Positions 25,692-37,770 of a stretch of 64,000 bases of DNA are shown piece by piece. Source of the stretch: Negaprion brevirostris (Eukaryota); contig JARDVH010000042.1 of NCBI GenBank assembly GCA_030324005.1, forward strand, positions 48,719,185 through 48,783,184, read 5' to 3'. Positions within the stretch are counted from its first letter, which is position 1. Each line of letters opens with the position of its first letter. The notes under the pieces were generated by a model. It saw only the letters and a program-made list of their open reading frames with translations. It ran no database searches and was not told where the DNA came from. Both the position numbers and the translations under genes were made by a program.

Positions 25692-26292
25692 TGTGACGAG
25701 ACTGTGCCTTTAAGAAATGTATTTTAGTCATATTTCTGTGCTGAATGCGTTTCCTAGTCTCTTCAATTTTATCGGCCTTTTTATCTGGCTCCAGAAGCAC
25801 TATATGTTTTTCTGCAGCAACATAATTGATCTTAATTGATGCAGTGTTTGTTTTTTAATTGAATTAATTCAGAGTTCTGTTTTCTTGTGTTTTCCATATT
25901 GCAGAGTGGAGTTTGACTGGGTTGACTGACAGGTAGGATCAAGTGACTGGGTAGAACTAAGCTTTCACAGAGAACTCAAGGCAGTCTGTTTTTTGGGAGA
26001 AGAAGAAATGCCTCCCTTTTGCTCACTCTCTGAGGTCTGGAGACTGGAATCTGCCAAGAAGTCTTTTCCTCTGAGATTCTACAGTTTAAGGGTGGAGCCT
26101 TCTCTGGAAGTTGCTGCATGAGAACTAGAAGACATGTGCCTGTCTGGACCACTCCCCAGAAGTGTCAAAAGGCTGGAAATTGGCACCTCCCAAAATTGGT
26201 ACCTACTTCAGCAATTTTTTTTAAATATTCTAATAACTGTCTATGTATGGGCATGCTGAAAAAATAGAAAAATATTTACAGAAAATATGACA
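25692..26292 (+). mobile_element. Possible solo LTR
   Basis: Termini TGTGAC..ATGACA with flanks ATGTT/ATGGT (4/5 match). It has cctttaag near the start, as does the 46664-46930 LTR. Confidence 0.35.
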
Positions 26293-26697
26293 ATGGTTTC
26301 CATCAAACAGATAATAAACTGATGTACTCAGAGAAAATACAAAGCTCAATTAGACACATCCTGATAGTTCAACAAAGAAAGCATTTAGAAATACATAGAA
26401 TAATCCTGTACTCCATAATGCTAATCATGTACATTATCTGAAAATATGGTTAATTAATTATTTTACATCAGCAAGAACAATAATTTTTAGCATCAAATGA
26501 TGCCAACCACACAATACCCCATCTACACGATAAAATATATTTTGTAATAATTCAACGTTAGTTATTTCATATATCATTATGTTACCCTTTTTTCTAAATC
26601 TTCTCATGCAACACATAGATTCCAACTGAGAAAGAGGTCAGATGATTTTGGATCTCAGTTTACTGAAAGCACCTATTTCCAGAATTTTAGCAATAAT

Positions 26698-26890
26698 GGG
26701 TGGGATTTTCCAGCCTCCTTGCAGTGTCTTTCCTGACAGCAACAATTGATTGTCAACAGGATCTTCCAGTCCTACCAGATAAACTTTTTGTGTGTCTTGC
26801 TGTCCGAAAACCCACCACGGGTGGGGAAGGGAGGGTCACCTCCAGTGGGACTGGAAGGTCCCATCTGTGGGAAAGGCCAGAAAGTCGTTA
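26698..26890 (-). mobile_element. ~200-bp Harbinger-like MITE (family A)
   Basis: Reverse complement aligns with 46278-46480 and 60253-60452. Terminus gggtgggattttcc. Confidence 0.65.
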
Positions 26891-27189
26891 GTGTCTGCGC
26901 AGTAAAGTTAACCTGCCTGTCCGCAATTTGAAAGCAAGCACAAAAGCTTCTTTCAAGTAGCAGATCGATATTTTACAATTTCCCATCTGTTAGCATACAG
27001 TCAGTGATCAGTTTCATTAATGTAAATTTAAAGTTTCAATCCAACTATACAAAAATCAGGCCTGCAGTCAATGGAGCTGAAATTAGTCTTCAGAAAAAGC
27101 AGCAAGCAGGCAATGACAAACAAGTAGCCGATATTAAACCGTGCTGATTGTCTTTTCCATTTAGCTGAAGATTACACTTCTGGTTGGTA

Positions 27190-27660
27190 TCCACATTCCA
27201 GCCTCCATAAACCTGAGGCCATTCAAAACTCTGTTGCCTATTTTCTAACCTGCACCAAATCCTATTCACCCAGCATCCCTGTGCTCACTGGCCTACACTG
27301 CCTTCCAATTAGGCAATTCCTCGATTTTAAAATTCTCACCCTTGTTTTCAAATCCGTCCATGGCAGGCTCTTCCCTATTTCTGTAATCCAGCCTATAGAA
27401 CATCCCCAGTTTGAATTGTTGCACCTTTGGTGGCCAAACCTTTAGCTGCCTGACCCACTAAGTTCTGGCATTCCACACATCAATCTCTTTGTCTCTCTAA
27501 TTGACTTTCCTTCTTTTAGGTCTCCTTGAAACTCCTTAATTTACCTGACCTAATATCCCCTTATGCCGCTCACTATTGTATTTTTGTTTCATAAAGTCTC
27601 TGTGAAAGTCTTTGCAATGTTTTATTCCATTAAATGCACTCTATAAATATAAATTGTTGC
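27190..27660 (+). mobile_element. L2-clade LINE, 3' end
   Basis: Decayed KPEAIQNSVAYFLTCTKSYSPSIPVLTGLHCLPIRQFLDFKILTLVFKSVHG is the canonical L2 ORF2 C-terminus. Tail ctataaatataaattgttg. Confidence 0.85.
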
Positions 27661-27729
27661 TCATTTATATAAAACAATGGAATTGTCATGTATGAGACTG
27701 CACTTCGTTTTCTCTTTCTTTCAGAACAA

Positions 27730-27962
27730 TAAGACATGCGGAAAAACTATTTTTACACAGCGGCTGGTTAAGATCTAAAATGCACTTCCTAAGAGTGTGG
27801 TCAAGGTAATGGTGGTGTTCAAAAAGCATGAGTAGGAAAGATTTTCAGGGCTATGGGGAAATGGCAGTGGAGTGGGGCTAGCTGCGTTGTTCTTTCAGAC
27901 AGCTGGCATGGATAGAATGGGCTGAAGGGCCTCCTCTGTGCTGTAACAATCCTAAGATTCAA
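27730..27962 (+). mobile_element. CR1 LINE 3' end
   Basis: aaaaactatttttacacagcgg..aatgcacttcct (FFTQRVV..WNALP region) and tail gggctgaagggcctcctctgtgctgtaac. Confidence 0.75.
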
Positions 27963-28946
27963 TGAAAACACTCATCAGCCATAGGATTGTATGTTGGCAA
28001 TTGTGTAAAGACTTTCTGACTTGTCGAGTATTAAGCTGAAGAAATCAGTTGTCAGCAGGTTTTGGAAACATAAGACAAATACAAGTTGGCTCATTGATTT
28101 GCCAAAGCAGTTCATTTGGAAGTTCTTATTCATGAGAAGCTGCCTTCCTTTAATAGGTGAAAGGAGGTGACATGAGTGACAGATGACCTATGCACCCTCC
28201 AACCATGAGGCTGCAGGAGTACGACTGCTTTCAGGCTTGGAACTAGACACACTTGTCATGTGCTGGAGCTGATGACACTTTTACATATACTGCTAAAGCA
28301 AAACTATAACCTCTTGTTTAGATTATTAACTTCTGTGGCAAGTCTAACGCTCCCTTCCTGATAGGTTTTCAAATGGAGTTGCTGAACTGTTAATTAACAC
28401 ACAGCTTGCACTCGTAACAAGCCTTTGTGGAATGTGATACTGATAGCAACTCCAGAAGGCGATCGCAACAGGATGAGGTTACACTCCTATATCGGGAACC
28501 ACGCCATCTGACAAGTCAGCCATTAACAGCAGATTGTCAATCCCACAAAATCCATCGATCAGCAGAAAGAAACTGAGGAAGACAGAAGTAGATTGGGAAT
28601 AGAGGGAAAAGTTGTATATAACAAGAATATATTATACATATAGATGAACATATGATGTTTCAACATCTACATGTCTTTCATTTCAAGTGCTGATCGTACA
28701 CATATTCTACAATCCACTATTTTATTAAGCTTCTCAGTAATTCATTTTCACCTAGATTACAATGCAAAAGGCGAAACAGGAAAGGTTAGCTTGAACAAAT
28801 TAAGATTGTATGTTAATATGAATATGATTTCCTAATTTAACTCAATTTATTAGTTTAAAAAATATATTATTGTTCTTAAGGAACAGAGGGTAAAATAGAA
28901 TCCTGCAGATGATATTATAGTTGAAAAATCAGGAAATAGTAGGCTT

Positions 28947-29372
28947 ACTAAACAGAATAGCACAGGAATAGGCCCTACGGCCCCTGATGTTGTGTCGAAC
29001 ATGACACCAAATTAATCTAATCCCATCTGCCTGTCCTTGGTCCATTTCCCTCTATTCCTTGAAAATTCACGTGCTTATCGAAGAGCCCCTTAAACGCCCT
29101 TATTGTATCTGCCTGCACCACCATCCCTGGCAGCATATTTCAGACACCCACCACTCTCTATGTAAAAAACTTGCCCCTCACATCTCCTTTGTACCTTCCC
29201 TCTTTCACTTTAAGAGCGTGCTCCTAGTATTAGACTTTTCAACTCTGAGAAATAGATTCTAACTATCAACTATATCTATGCTTCTCATAATTTTATTGAC
29301 TTCTATCGAGTCTCCCCTCAGCCTCTGCTGCTCCAGGGAAAACAACTCTAGTTTGTCCAGCCTCCCCTTTCT
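28947..29372 (-). mobile_element. CR1 LINE 3' fragment
   Basis: Minus-strand RLDKLELFSLEQQRLRGDSIEVNKIMRSID (CR1 ORF2 C-terminal motif) plus tail. Confidence 0.85.
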
Positions 29373-29547
29373 GATAATTGTTATCTTGTGTTCTCTGTAG
29401 AAGATATAGTGAAGGTACCAAAGACTCAACAAAACCAAAAAACAATAAATCGGGGGAAGAATTAACAAGATTCAATAAGTAAAAGTATATAGCAAAACTA
29501 ATGAAGCTAGAGATAGACAAATTAATGTTTGGTCACAATAAAATTAA

Positions 29548-29720
29548 GTGAGGAAATTATTTGTATGTTATCTCCCAAAAATCTTTGCTTCTGAAATTGT
29601 TCCCTTGGATTGGAAACTTGCCAATGCCCCTTTATTATTTAAGGCGGCGAGGACAGACAAGTTAGGGATGATGGGCTGTCAGCCTAACAGCTGTTGTGGG
29701 GAGAATTACTCGTCAGAAAC
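29548..29720 (+). mobile_element. Old CR1 RT-proximal fragment
   Basis: IVPLDWKLANAPLLFK then degenerate gctgtcagcctaacagctgttgtgggg (PVSLTSVVGK-like). Confidence 0.7.
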
Positions 29721-29729
29721 AGAAAGAGG

Positions 29730-30740
29730 GGGGAGGGGGATTTTCTGCTCTCATTTTTGTGGGGCGGGATCAACAATGGGAGCAGAAACTCCAGATTCAC
29801 TCCTGGATTGGCCAATCAAAGATCTCCCTCTCCCATCCACACAACACTCCTGCAATCAAAGATTCTCCCTCCCCTGATCGCCACCCCAGCCGATTTCCCC
29901 CTCTCCACTCAATCGCAGAGTTTCCCCCTTCCCGCCCCTCCTAACAATCTCTCCCTTCCCCCAGCTGGTTCCACCCTGATCTAGCTCTGCTTCCTTGGCA
30001 CTGCCTGGTGCCTGGTGGGCAGTGCCAGGGTCCCATGCTGGCAGTGCCAGGCTGGCACTGCCCAAGGGGCATTGCCTCCTTGCCCTACCTGGAGGACTTC
30101 AATGGCTTCTGGTCCCATTGGCGAGGCCATCACGTTAGGTACCTGTTAGTTGGGATGAGCTGTGATCCTCATTGGTAAAAACCTCCACCAGTGAGCTCGG
30201 AAAGGCAACTGAGCCCAGACAAAAGCATCCCGGGCTCACTGAACAGATGCAAATTAGGATATANNNNNNNNNNNNNNNNNNNNNNNNNNNNNNNNNNNNN
30301 NNNNNNNNNNNNNNNNNNNNNNNNNNNNNNNNNNNNNNNNNNNNNNNNNNNNNNNNNNNNNNNCAATGCCAATGTACCAGGCTGACACTGCTGAAGGAAC
30401 TCTCCCTAGACCTGCCCCCAACCACCTGGGTGGGGGGGGCTTCAATGGTTCTGGTCCCTTCAGCGAGGCCATCATGTCTTGTCCCTGTTGGTGGGGATCA
30501 TACGTGATCTTCATCAGCAAGGATCTTGACCAGCAAGCAGATAAGGACAAGTGAGCAACCAGGACTCACTAATTATTTTTAAATGAGGTAATGAATATTG
30601 AAATAGGCTTTACATCCATTTCGCTGGTAAATCAATGCTGGTAACATCGCAACAGATCTCTCATCTGATCTCACCAGCTTGCCAATTGACCAGTGGTGCA
30701 AACTGGGTAAGATCACTCTCGTGAGTTTCTGTGGATATAT
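29730..30740. mobile_element. PIF/Harbinger-like element, left part (probable remainder at about 32746-32850)
   Basis: Starts at a ..ggggattttctg terminus, has a ggcactgcc/ggcagtgcc-rich interior and contains gaps. Confidence 0.5.
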
Positions 30741-31452
30741 AAANNNNNNNNNNGGTAAATGTGGCACCTCAACTGAATGATGCGGGTGAATTGATAACAG
30801 CAAACAAAGAAATGAAGGATACATAAATGTTTTCCTTCATTCAATGGAAAACATTGGCAAATATCCCCAAGATATCAGATAGGCTGATTTTAAATAACAT
30901 GGTAGAACATACAAAAATCCCAATCACAAAGGATGGAGTATTATTAGAGAAACTCATGAGGCAAAAAGAGAACTGGTTGCTAGAACCCAATAAACTGCAC
31001 GCTAGGGTTTTAATGGAAGTGGTTACATTTGTTGAAATTTTTCATAACTCACTAAATTCTGGAAGTTATCAGAAGATTGGGAAACAGCCAATGTGACTCA
31101 CTTGTTCAAAAAGGGAGAAAGGCAGAAAGCTGGTAATTATAGGCCAGTTAGTTTAACATCTATTATTGGCAAGATGCTGGAGTCAATAATTAAAGAGGAA
31201 ATAGCTAGAAAGTTGAATATAATCAAGCCTAGTAAACATGGTTTCATGAAAGGTAAATCGTGTTTGACAAATTTGCTTGAATTCTTTGAGGATGTAACAA
31301 GGAGAGTAAATAGAGGGGAACCCTGTTAAATGTAGTGTATTTAAATTTCTAAAAGTCAGTTGTCAAGGTGCCGCATAAGAGGCATAAGGTAAACGTCCAT
31401 GGAATTGAAGGAAGTGTGCTAACATGGATTGAAAACTGGCGGTCAAATAGAA

Positions 31453-31688
31453 CAGTAAGAAGTCTTAGAACACCAGGTTAAAGTCCAACAGGTTTATTTG
31501 GTAGCACAAGCTACAAGATTTCAGAGCACTGCCCCTTCATCAAGTGAGGCACCTGACTCACCTGATGAAGGGGGAGCGTTCCAAAAGTTTGTGGCTTGTG
31601 CTACCAAATAAATCTGTGGGACTTTAACCTGGTGTTGTGAGACTTCTTACTGTGCTTATCCAGTCCAATGCTGGCATCTCCACATCAT
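31453..31688. mobile_element. Penelope-like palindromic (inverted terminal-repeat) insertion
   Basis: 96-bp inverted arms at 31453-31548 and 31557-31652 with an 8-nt spacer and a unique extension to 31688. Imperfect 11-bp TSD gtcaaatagaa/gtcacacagaa. The CR1 sequence is continuous across it. Confidence 0.85.
31557..31593 (+). ncRNA. Degenerate minimal hammerhead ribozyme motif (mirror copy on minus strand at about 31512-31548)
   Basis: cac-CTGATGA-a-ggggg-agc-gttcc-AAAA-gttt-gtg has GAAA mutated to AAAA. Mirror copy cac-TTGATGA-a-ggggc-agt-gctct-GAAA-tctt-gta has C3 mutated. Confidence 0.5.
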
Positions 31689-32859
31689 GTCACACAGAAA
31701 GCAGGGAGTTGGGATAAATGGGTCCTTTTCAGAGTGGAAAGATGTAACTAGCAGAGTGTCACAGGAATCAGTTCTTGACTCTCCGTCGTTCGCTATTTTC
31801 ATTAATGACCTGGAGGAAGCAACAGAATGCAATGTTTCCAAATTTGCTGATAATACAAAGATAGATGGAAGGGCATGTTGTGATGAAGATATTATGATTC
31901 TGCAATGGGATGTAGATAAATTGGTCACTGGATGAAAGTTAGGTTTAATGAGGAAGTATGAGGTCATGCATTTCAATAGGAGGAATCAAAGGCAGATTAT
32001 TATCTAAATGCAGAGGGCCTGCAGGTGAGTGAAGTACAGAGGAATCTAGGTGTTCTGGTGCATGAATCACAACAAGCTAGCAAGCAGGTCCAACAATTCA
32101 TTAAGAAGGCAAACAGCATTTTGGCCATTATTGCAAAGTGTTGGAGTTTAAAAATAGGAAGGTTTTATTGCAATTGTACAGGGTGTTGGTAAGGCCTCAT
32201 CTGGAACACTGCATACAGGTTTGATCCCCTACCTAAATAAGGATAACATTGAAGGCAGTCCAAAGGAGATTTACCAGACTAATTCCTGCAAGGGAAGGGT
32301 TGTCCTATGAAAAGAGACTGAAGAGTCTGGGTCTGTATTCCTTGGAGTTTAGGAGAGTGAAAGATGACTTTATTCAAACAAACAAGATTCTGAGGAGGCT
32401 TGACAGTGTAGATGGTGAGATGTTTTCATTAATGGGAGAGTCTTGAACAAGGGGATATAGCTACAAAGTAAAGAGCCGATCATTTAAAACCGTGGTGTGC
32501 AGAAATTTCTTCTCACAAAGGGTGGTGAGTCTCTGGTATTCTCGGCCCCAAAGAATGGTGGAGACTAGATCATTAGAACTATTCATAGTGGAGTTGGATA
32601 AATATTTGATAGAAATAGAGGCCTATGGAGAAATGNNNNNNNNNNNNNNNNNNNNNNNNNNNNNNNNNNNNNNNNNNNNNNNNNNNNNNNGAGCAAGCTT
32701 AAGTTGCTGGGTGGCCTATTCCTACTTCTTTCTCTTGTCTTCTAATCAATGAGATTTCAAGCACGAAATCTGGTGCAGGATCCTGCCATTCTGGCCAGCA
32801 GGAAAAGTGCCATCAGAGCCGTTTCCCACCGCACTTAATCTCAAAATGAGCTTTTTGCT

Positions 32860-33530
32860 GTATTTATAAATGTTTGCGTTGAAGGAACAGAGATCTGGGT
32901 ATCCAAGTTTTCTAATGACACCAAGTTAGCTGGCACAATAAATTGTGTAAATGGGATCAGAAATGTTGTAAGGGGTGCTTGATAAATTAAATGATTGGGC
33001 ACGACAATATCAATTAGAGTTCAATGTGAGGTCATTTACTTTAGATCAAATAAATACAAAACAGGTCATTTTCCAAAGAACAAGGACCTCAGAACTGTGG
33101 ATGAGAAGAGAGATTTGGAGGTCCAAGCATAAAAATTATTTAAAGTCATATATGTATGTATAATATATATATATTTGCTGGAAAGCAAAGGGGTAGTACA
33201 TTACAGATATGCAAAGATCTGGTTAGACCCCATCTGGAGTTCTGCGCTTCAAAGCAAGGATAGAGGAAGGATAAACTAGCCTTTAAGGGAATGCAATACA
33301 GATTCACCAGAATGATACAAGGATTAAAAGAAGATTTGATAGAATAAACTTGTATTTCCTGGAGTGGGAGATTATGATGAAAGGAATTGGTAAGGTCAGC
33401 AGACAGAAACTATTTTCTTTGCTAAGGGAAAGCTGAACAAGGACATGGCCTTAAAGTTCGAGATGGGCTGTTCAATAGTGATTCCAATGAGTACTTCTTC
33501 AAAAAGGAGGTGGTGGGAATTTGGACCTTT
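32860..33530 (+). mobile_element. Older degraded CR1 RT/3' fragment
   Basis: gtatccaagttttctaatgacaccaagttag (VSKFSNDTKL), LDKLNDWARQYQLEFNV, ggttagaccccatctggag and gattcaccagaatgatac. Confidence 0.7.
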
Positions 33531-33539
33531 TGTGACCTA

Positions 33540-33821
33540 GGCCAGGATTTAATGGGCTTGTCCATCAGGCAGCAAACACCTGTGAATTATGTCTGGGGAG
33601 GCCTGACAGAATCAAGTGTGCTCCAAGCACAGGTCTTCCCCACAACTGACATCTCACTGCTGTGATGCCCAGGGGGAGATCCGCTATCAGCCTCTTCCAG
33701 CTTCCTACTTAATTCGAGGAGGCCTTGTCACCGCCAGGAGACTGGTGTAGGGCCATTCCCATGATTAAGAGGGCCTGGCAGCCATGTTGCTTGCCGCAAT
33801 GGGCTCCATTAAATCCAAACC
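33540..33821. mobile_element. Harbinger-like MITE
   Basis: 16-bp TIRs ggccaggatttaatgg / ccattaaatccaaacc (13/16 match). Confidence 0.6.
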
Positions 33822-33877
33822 TAAAATATTAATTTGAGGAAGCGAATGTTAAAAAGAAACAAAATCTACCTTTATTG

Positions 33878-34242
33878 GCGGCAGGAGGGCAGCACAGTGG
33901 TTAGCACTGCTGCCTCACAGAGTCTAGGATGCGGGTTTGATTCCCTGCTTGGGTCACTGTCTGTACAGAGTCAGCACATTCTCCCCGTGTCTGCATGGGT
34001 TTCCTCCAGGTGCACCCGTTTCTTCCCACAGTCCGAAAGACATGTTGGATCAGTACACTGACCATGATAAATTCTTCAGTGTGCCCAAACAGGTGTGGTG
34101 GGGACAGACTATGGAAAGGTCAGTTGACCTCAGGCGAGATTTTCTAGTCTTGGGTGAGAGCAGCAGGAAATCCATCCATTAACTTCATTGCAGTGTTAAT
34201 GTAAGCCTACTTGTGACATTAATAAATAAACTTTAAACTTAA
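33878..34242 (+). mobile_element. V-SINE with alternative non-CR1 tail (extra ~80 bp at about 34100-34178)
   Basis: HE1-like head and V-domain. Tail taacttcattgcagtgttaatgtaagcctacttgtgacattaataaataaacttt. Confidence 0.85.
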
Positions 34243-35898
34243 AAAGTTGAAGTAGAAAAGAGTTGAAAGTTCCCAGAGATCAAGATCAGCGACACTAAGA
34301 TCTGAAGAATTGAAGGACCTGTCAAAACATATGGGGCTGAATATTAAGAGTGAGCTCCTCCTGAAGCAATGTCAGCATGGAGCCAACCTTTTCCACCCTG
34401 GCATGCCCCCTCAGCTATAACTTGCTGGTGGCAGGCTACATGAGGGCCGAGTGTGACTTCTGCCCATTGCTGGGTAGAAAGTTCAGCCCCTAGGAAAATG
34501 ATGACAGCTCCAAAAGTCTCAGCAGTGCCAAGCTTGCATTAGTGGGCACTGCCAGGAATGTAACTAGGAACAACAAGGAGCAATAGAACCCAGGAAAATG
34601 GTAAGTCAAGGTCTTGGTCAAGAAGGGTTTGGCAGGTTAGGAAGGGGTGGGGAGGCTATGGGGGAATGGTGAGAGGTGGTAGTGTGTTTAAAGCTGTGGG
34701 GGTAGGAGAACATGTTTCAGACAAAATGAATATTATCCAAGGCTATCAGTAAAATGCAACTTCATATTTTCCATTTAATTCCTCATGAAACTTTTTTTAT
34801 ATATTAAATCATAAGTGTCAAAGATTGAAAAATGGCTACATTTACCATTTTGCTCATTAAATATGAGCATGATGACAAAAACAGTCCCTTGCCTTTTATG
34901 TTATTTCCCACAGCCAAACTGAAAAACAGTTTACACTGAGAGAGAGGCACCAAGCTAAATCTTATCATTTACCATTTCACAGGTTTTAAAATAATATTTT
35001 CTGTCTCCTTTATCCTGGTGCCAGAATCGTACAACCAATTTTTCATCCATCTGCAATCATACTGTGGGAATTAGGGAGCCAGATTAGTAGTATAAATGCC
35101 AGAGATGTCTCATGGATACCAGTCACCTAGGTCTTGCTTTATACAAGTGCCAGAACCAAAGCGATTTAAGATTTCACAAGCTCTTTTACCAGTTGCAACT
35201 GCCAACTTTCCTTCTTCCTTTACCACCATTCACTCTCAAAAGCAGCAACCAGCTACACCATAAAACCATTGTTTTCAGCTCATTGTTGTTGCATGGACAG
35301 GTCGTAGAGTTGGTCAACTGTGGAATGTGTGCAGGTGGAACGTCTTCATTTCAAACACTGGCAAAGATTTCTCAGCTTTTTTTATGTTCCCTAGATGCAT
35401 AAAATGAGAAATCACAGAGGACAGCGAGAGCCCCAGTGTGATCTGGCTGTTTGGCAATGGAAACAAGGATCAGCAATGCACACAATAGGGATTTCAAGAC
35501 TAATTGGGATTAATCTCCATGGATAATCTCTCTTTTTTTGTGTACATAACATTCGTGGCACTCCTCAAAGATCAAGAAACAAAACCGGATTTTCTGATAG
35601 CAGCTGCACAAAGTGAAGAATGTTGGGAATTTATATGGATTGCAATTTTTCAAATTTTTTAAGACAACTTTATAGCCTAACATCTTCAAGAAATTCCAGT
35701 AAACTAGTGGTGCAATAAACTGGCAATGTCAAGTTTATATTCTATAAGCTTATAGCTTATATATTCTATGGATGTGCAATGAATCCCACGTGAAACAAAT
35801 ACATATTTGCCATACTGCAAGTTTATTTCACCCATGAAGTTAATTCAGTGAGGACTTGATTTATTTCCAAAAATATATCATAGCATTACTAGGATAGT

Positions 35899-36012
35899 AG
35901 GAGGTCTTGTGACACAGTGATAGCGTCTCTACCTCTGGTCAGAAGATCAAGATTCAAGTCCAAAGCCAGGAACTTGGCTACAGAAGCAGCGTTCATAACA
36001 TGGTTCAATAAA
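35899..36012 (+). mobile_element. tRNA-derived SINE head fragment
   Basis: A-box-like tgacacagtgatagcg and B-box-like gattcaagtcc, with no full cloverleaf. Confidence 0.45.
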
Positions 36013-37054
36013 ATGAAGAGGATCACACATAAACCTTCAATAACTTTAAGTCTCTATTTCTTGGATCGTGGATAATTAATATGTTTTGTTCTATAGCATA
36101 AAATATTCTACTCCATAAGATACAGGAATTTGCAGCCGATCAGATTTATTACAGACAAACAAGGAGGCATGGGCGGTCCAACTATGTGCAACTCCTTGGT
36201 AAATATGAGGAATAAAAAGACATAGGTATTAATCACAAGAATATTATTTATTTTGTGGAGGCTTTCTTCAGCTTCAGTCAGGGCTAAGCTTCAGCATCAT
36301 TAATAGGGAGCAAGACTCAATTGTGACAAGTTGAAAGGCAAATTTAAATGTCAGAAATGGGACAGTAATATAGTTTGTGGAGGACATTGTAATGGATAAT
36401 CCATTATTAAATGCAAGCAGGATTACCACAGACTCAAGATGCACATAATTTTGGACATTTACATGTGTTCATTATAAATGGGGATTAATTTAAAATGGAT
36501 AATTCAGACTTAATAAATAGAATTTACTGTACTGTCAATCAAGATAATTCTTCTCTTCCTGTGCCCCCTTTCCACCAGGTTATCTCCTGTTAACATGAAG
36601 AGACATCTGGAGCCAGAAATTTGATTCCAGGCATCAAAAGCCACATAATATTAATTACATAATTTACAGTAATGAGGGATTATAAGTGCAATATGTCACT
36701 CCTGAGAATAGAGGATGGTGTTCCTTGCTTTGAAGGTTAAATATTAAAATTGCTGCATGGTTGGAACCAAACACAAAGGGTCTCCAATTGTAGTCTGATT
36801 TTTTTGACAGCTGAGGTCAAGTACTATCAGAGGATATGCTGTACGTTGTACACTGCACTTGTTCTTGTTAGTTGACCATTGTTCCCTCCCACTACTGCAA
36901 GTATTCTGACAACTGACGTATAGACTGGAATCCAAGAGGACTGTGAACAATAAATGATATTCTTCTGTCCACTTCTATTACTGAATGTTGTTAATTGTGA
37001 AATTATTGCAAATGATTATAAATGCACTAACACTGTTAATTTCCAGATATACAT

Positions 37055-37770
37055 TTTTGTTTATTCGTTTTTGTGATATGAGTGTCACTGGCAAGACTAA
37101 CATTTATTGCACATCCCTTGTTTACCGAGTGTTGCCTTGAACAGACAAAAAGGACAATTAGCGAAATCTCAGGACTGACACCAATATTATCAATAACAAT
37201 CTGTTAACTGATTTGATAGTACGGATTCCAAAGTTCCATTTCCTTCAAAAACAGTTTTTCACACTCTACAGGCTATATGCTCTCCATGCAAGAACATTAC
37301 ACATCCTCTACAAATGAAATTTCATGGACTACCTAGCTAGCGAATATGGTCATCCAGATCAGACTGTTCACCACATTGCAAATGAATGTGACTCTGTGAT
37401 CCATGAACATTTGCTGCAGGATTTAAGAAAACATACAGTGCTATGACTTGAATTGGTCCAACTTGGACTTGAATATAACATCTTGCAGCTTTATAAGAAG
37501 TAGTTCACCTTTGAGAGTGGTGCAAGGCCTCTTATTCTAACCCTGTGCAGCCTCTATGCTGTAATCATTTTATAAAACTGACTTGTTAAACCACTTCAGA
37601 TTCAATCACATTGGTAAGGGAACTGATGTAGCACATACGCTTGATCAGGCAGGAGCAGCAGGTTTCCTTTCCTGATGGATTCTGATGAACCAGTTAGGTT
37701 TTTATGGCAATCTCATAGCCACAGGACAATTTTTAGTGATACTAGCTTTTTATTTCCATGTACCTTTTAG
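37055..37770 (-). mobile_element. Two degraded fragments related to the 24965 SINE family (tail about 37055-37140; body about 37575-37770)
   Basis: cactggcaagactaacatttattgcacatccc (tail, reverse complement) and gcaggtttcctttcctgatggattctgatgaaccag (central block, reverse complement). Confidence 0.5.

Larger units (their letters stand above)
30800..32745 (+). mobile_element. CR1 LINE, 5'-truncated, decayed ORF2 (RT) and 3' end; interrupted at 31453-31688
   Basis: LFKKGERQKAGNYRPVSLTSIIGKMLESII..HGFMKGKSCLTNLLEFFE; VSQESVLDSPSFAIFINDLEE..VSKFADNTKI; AVQRRFTRLIP..GLSYEKRLKSLGLYSLEFRR; RNFFSQRVVSLW. Confidence 0.93.

Noticed and set aside
31453-31652. Long hairpins as pre-miRNA or DNA-transposon MITE (also 48577-48788)
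   Set aside because: The one-sided extension, long TSDs and hammerhead-like cores fit Penelope inverted termini better. There is no small-RNA evidence.
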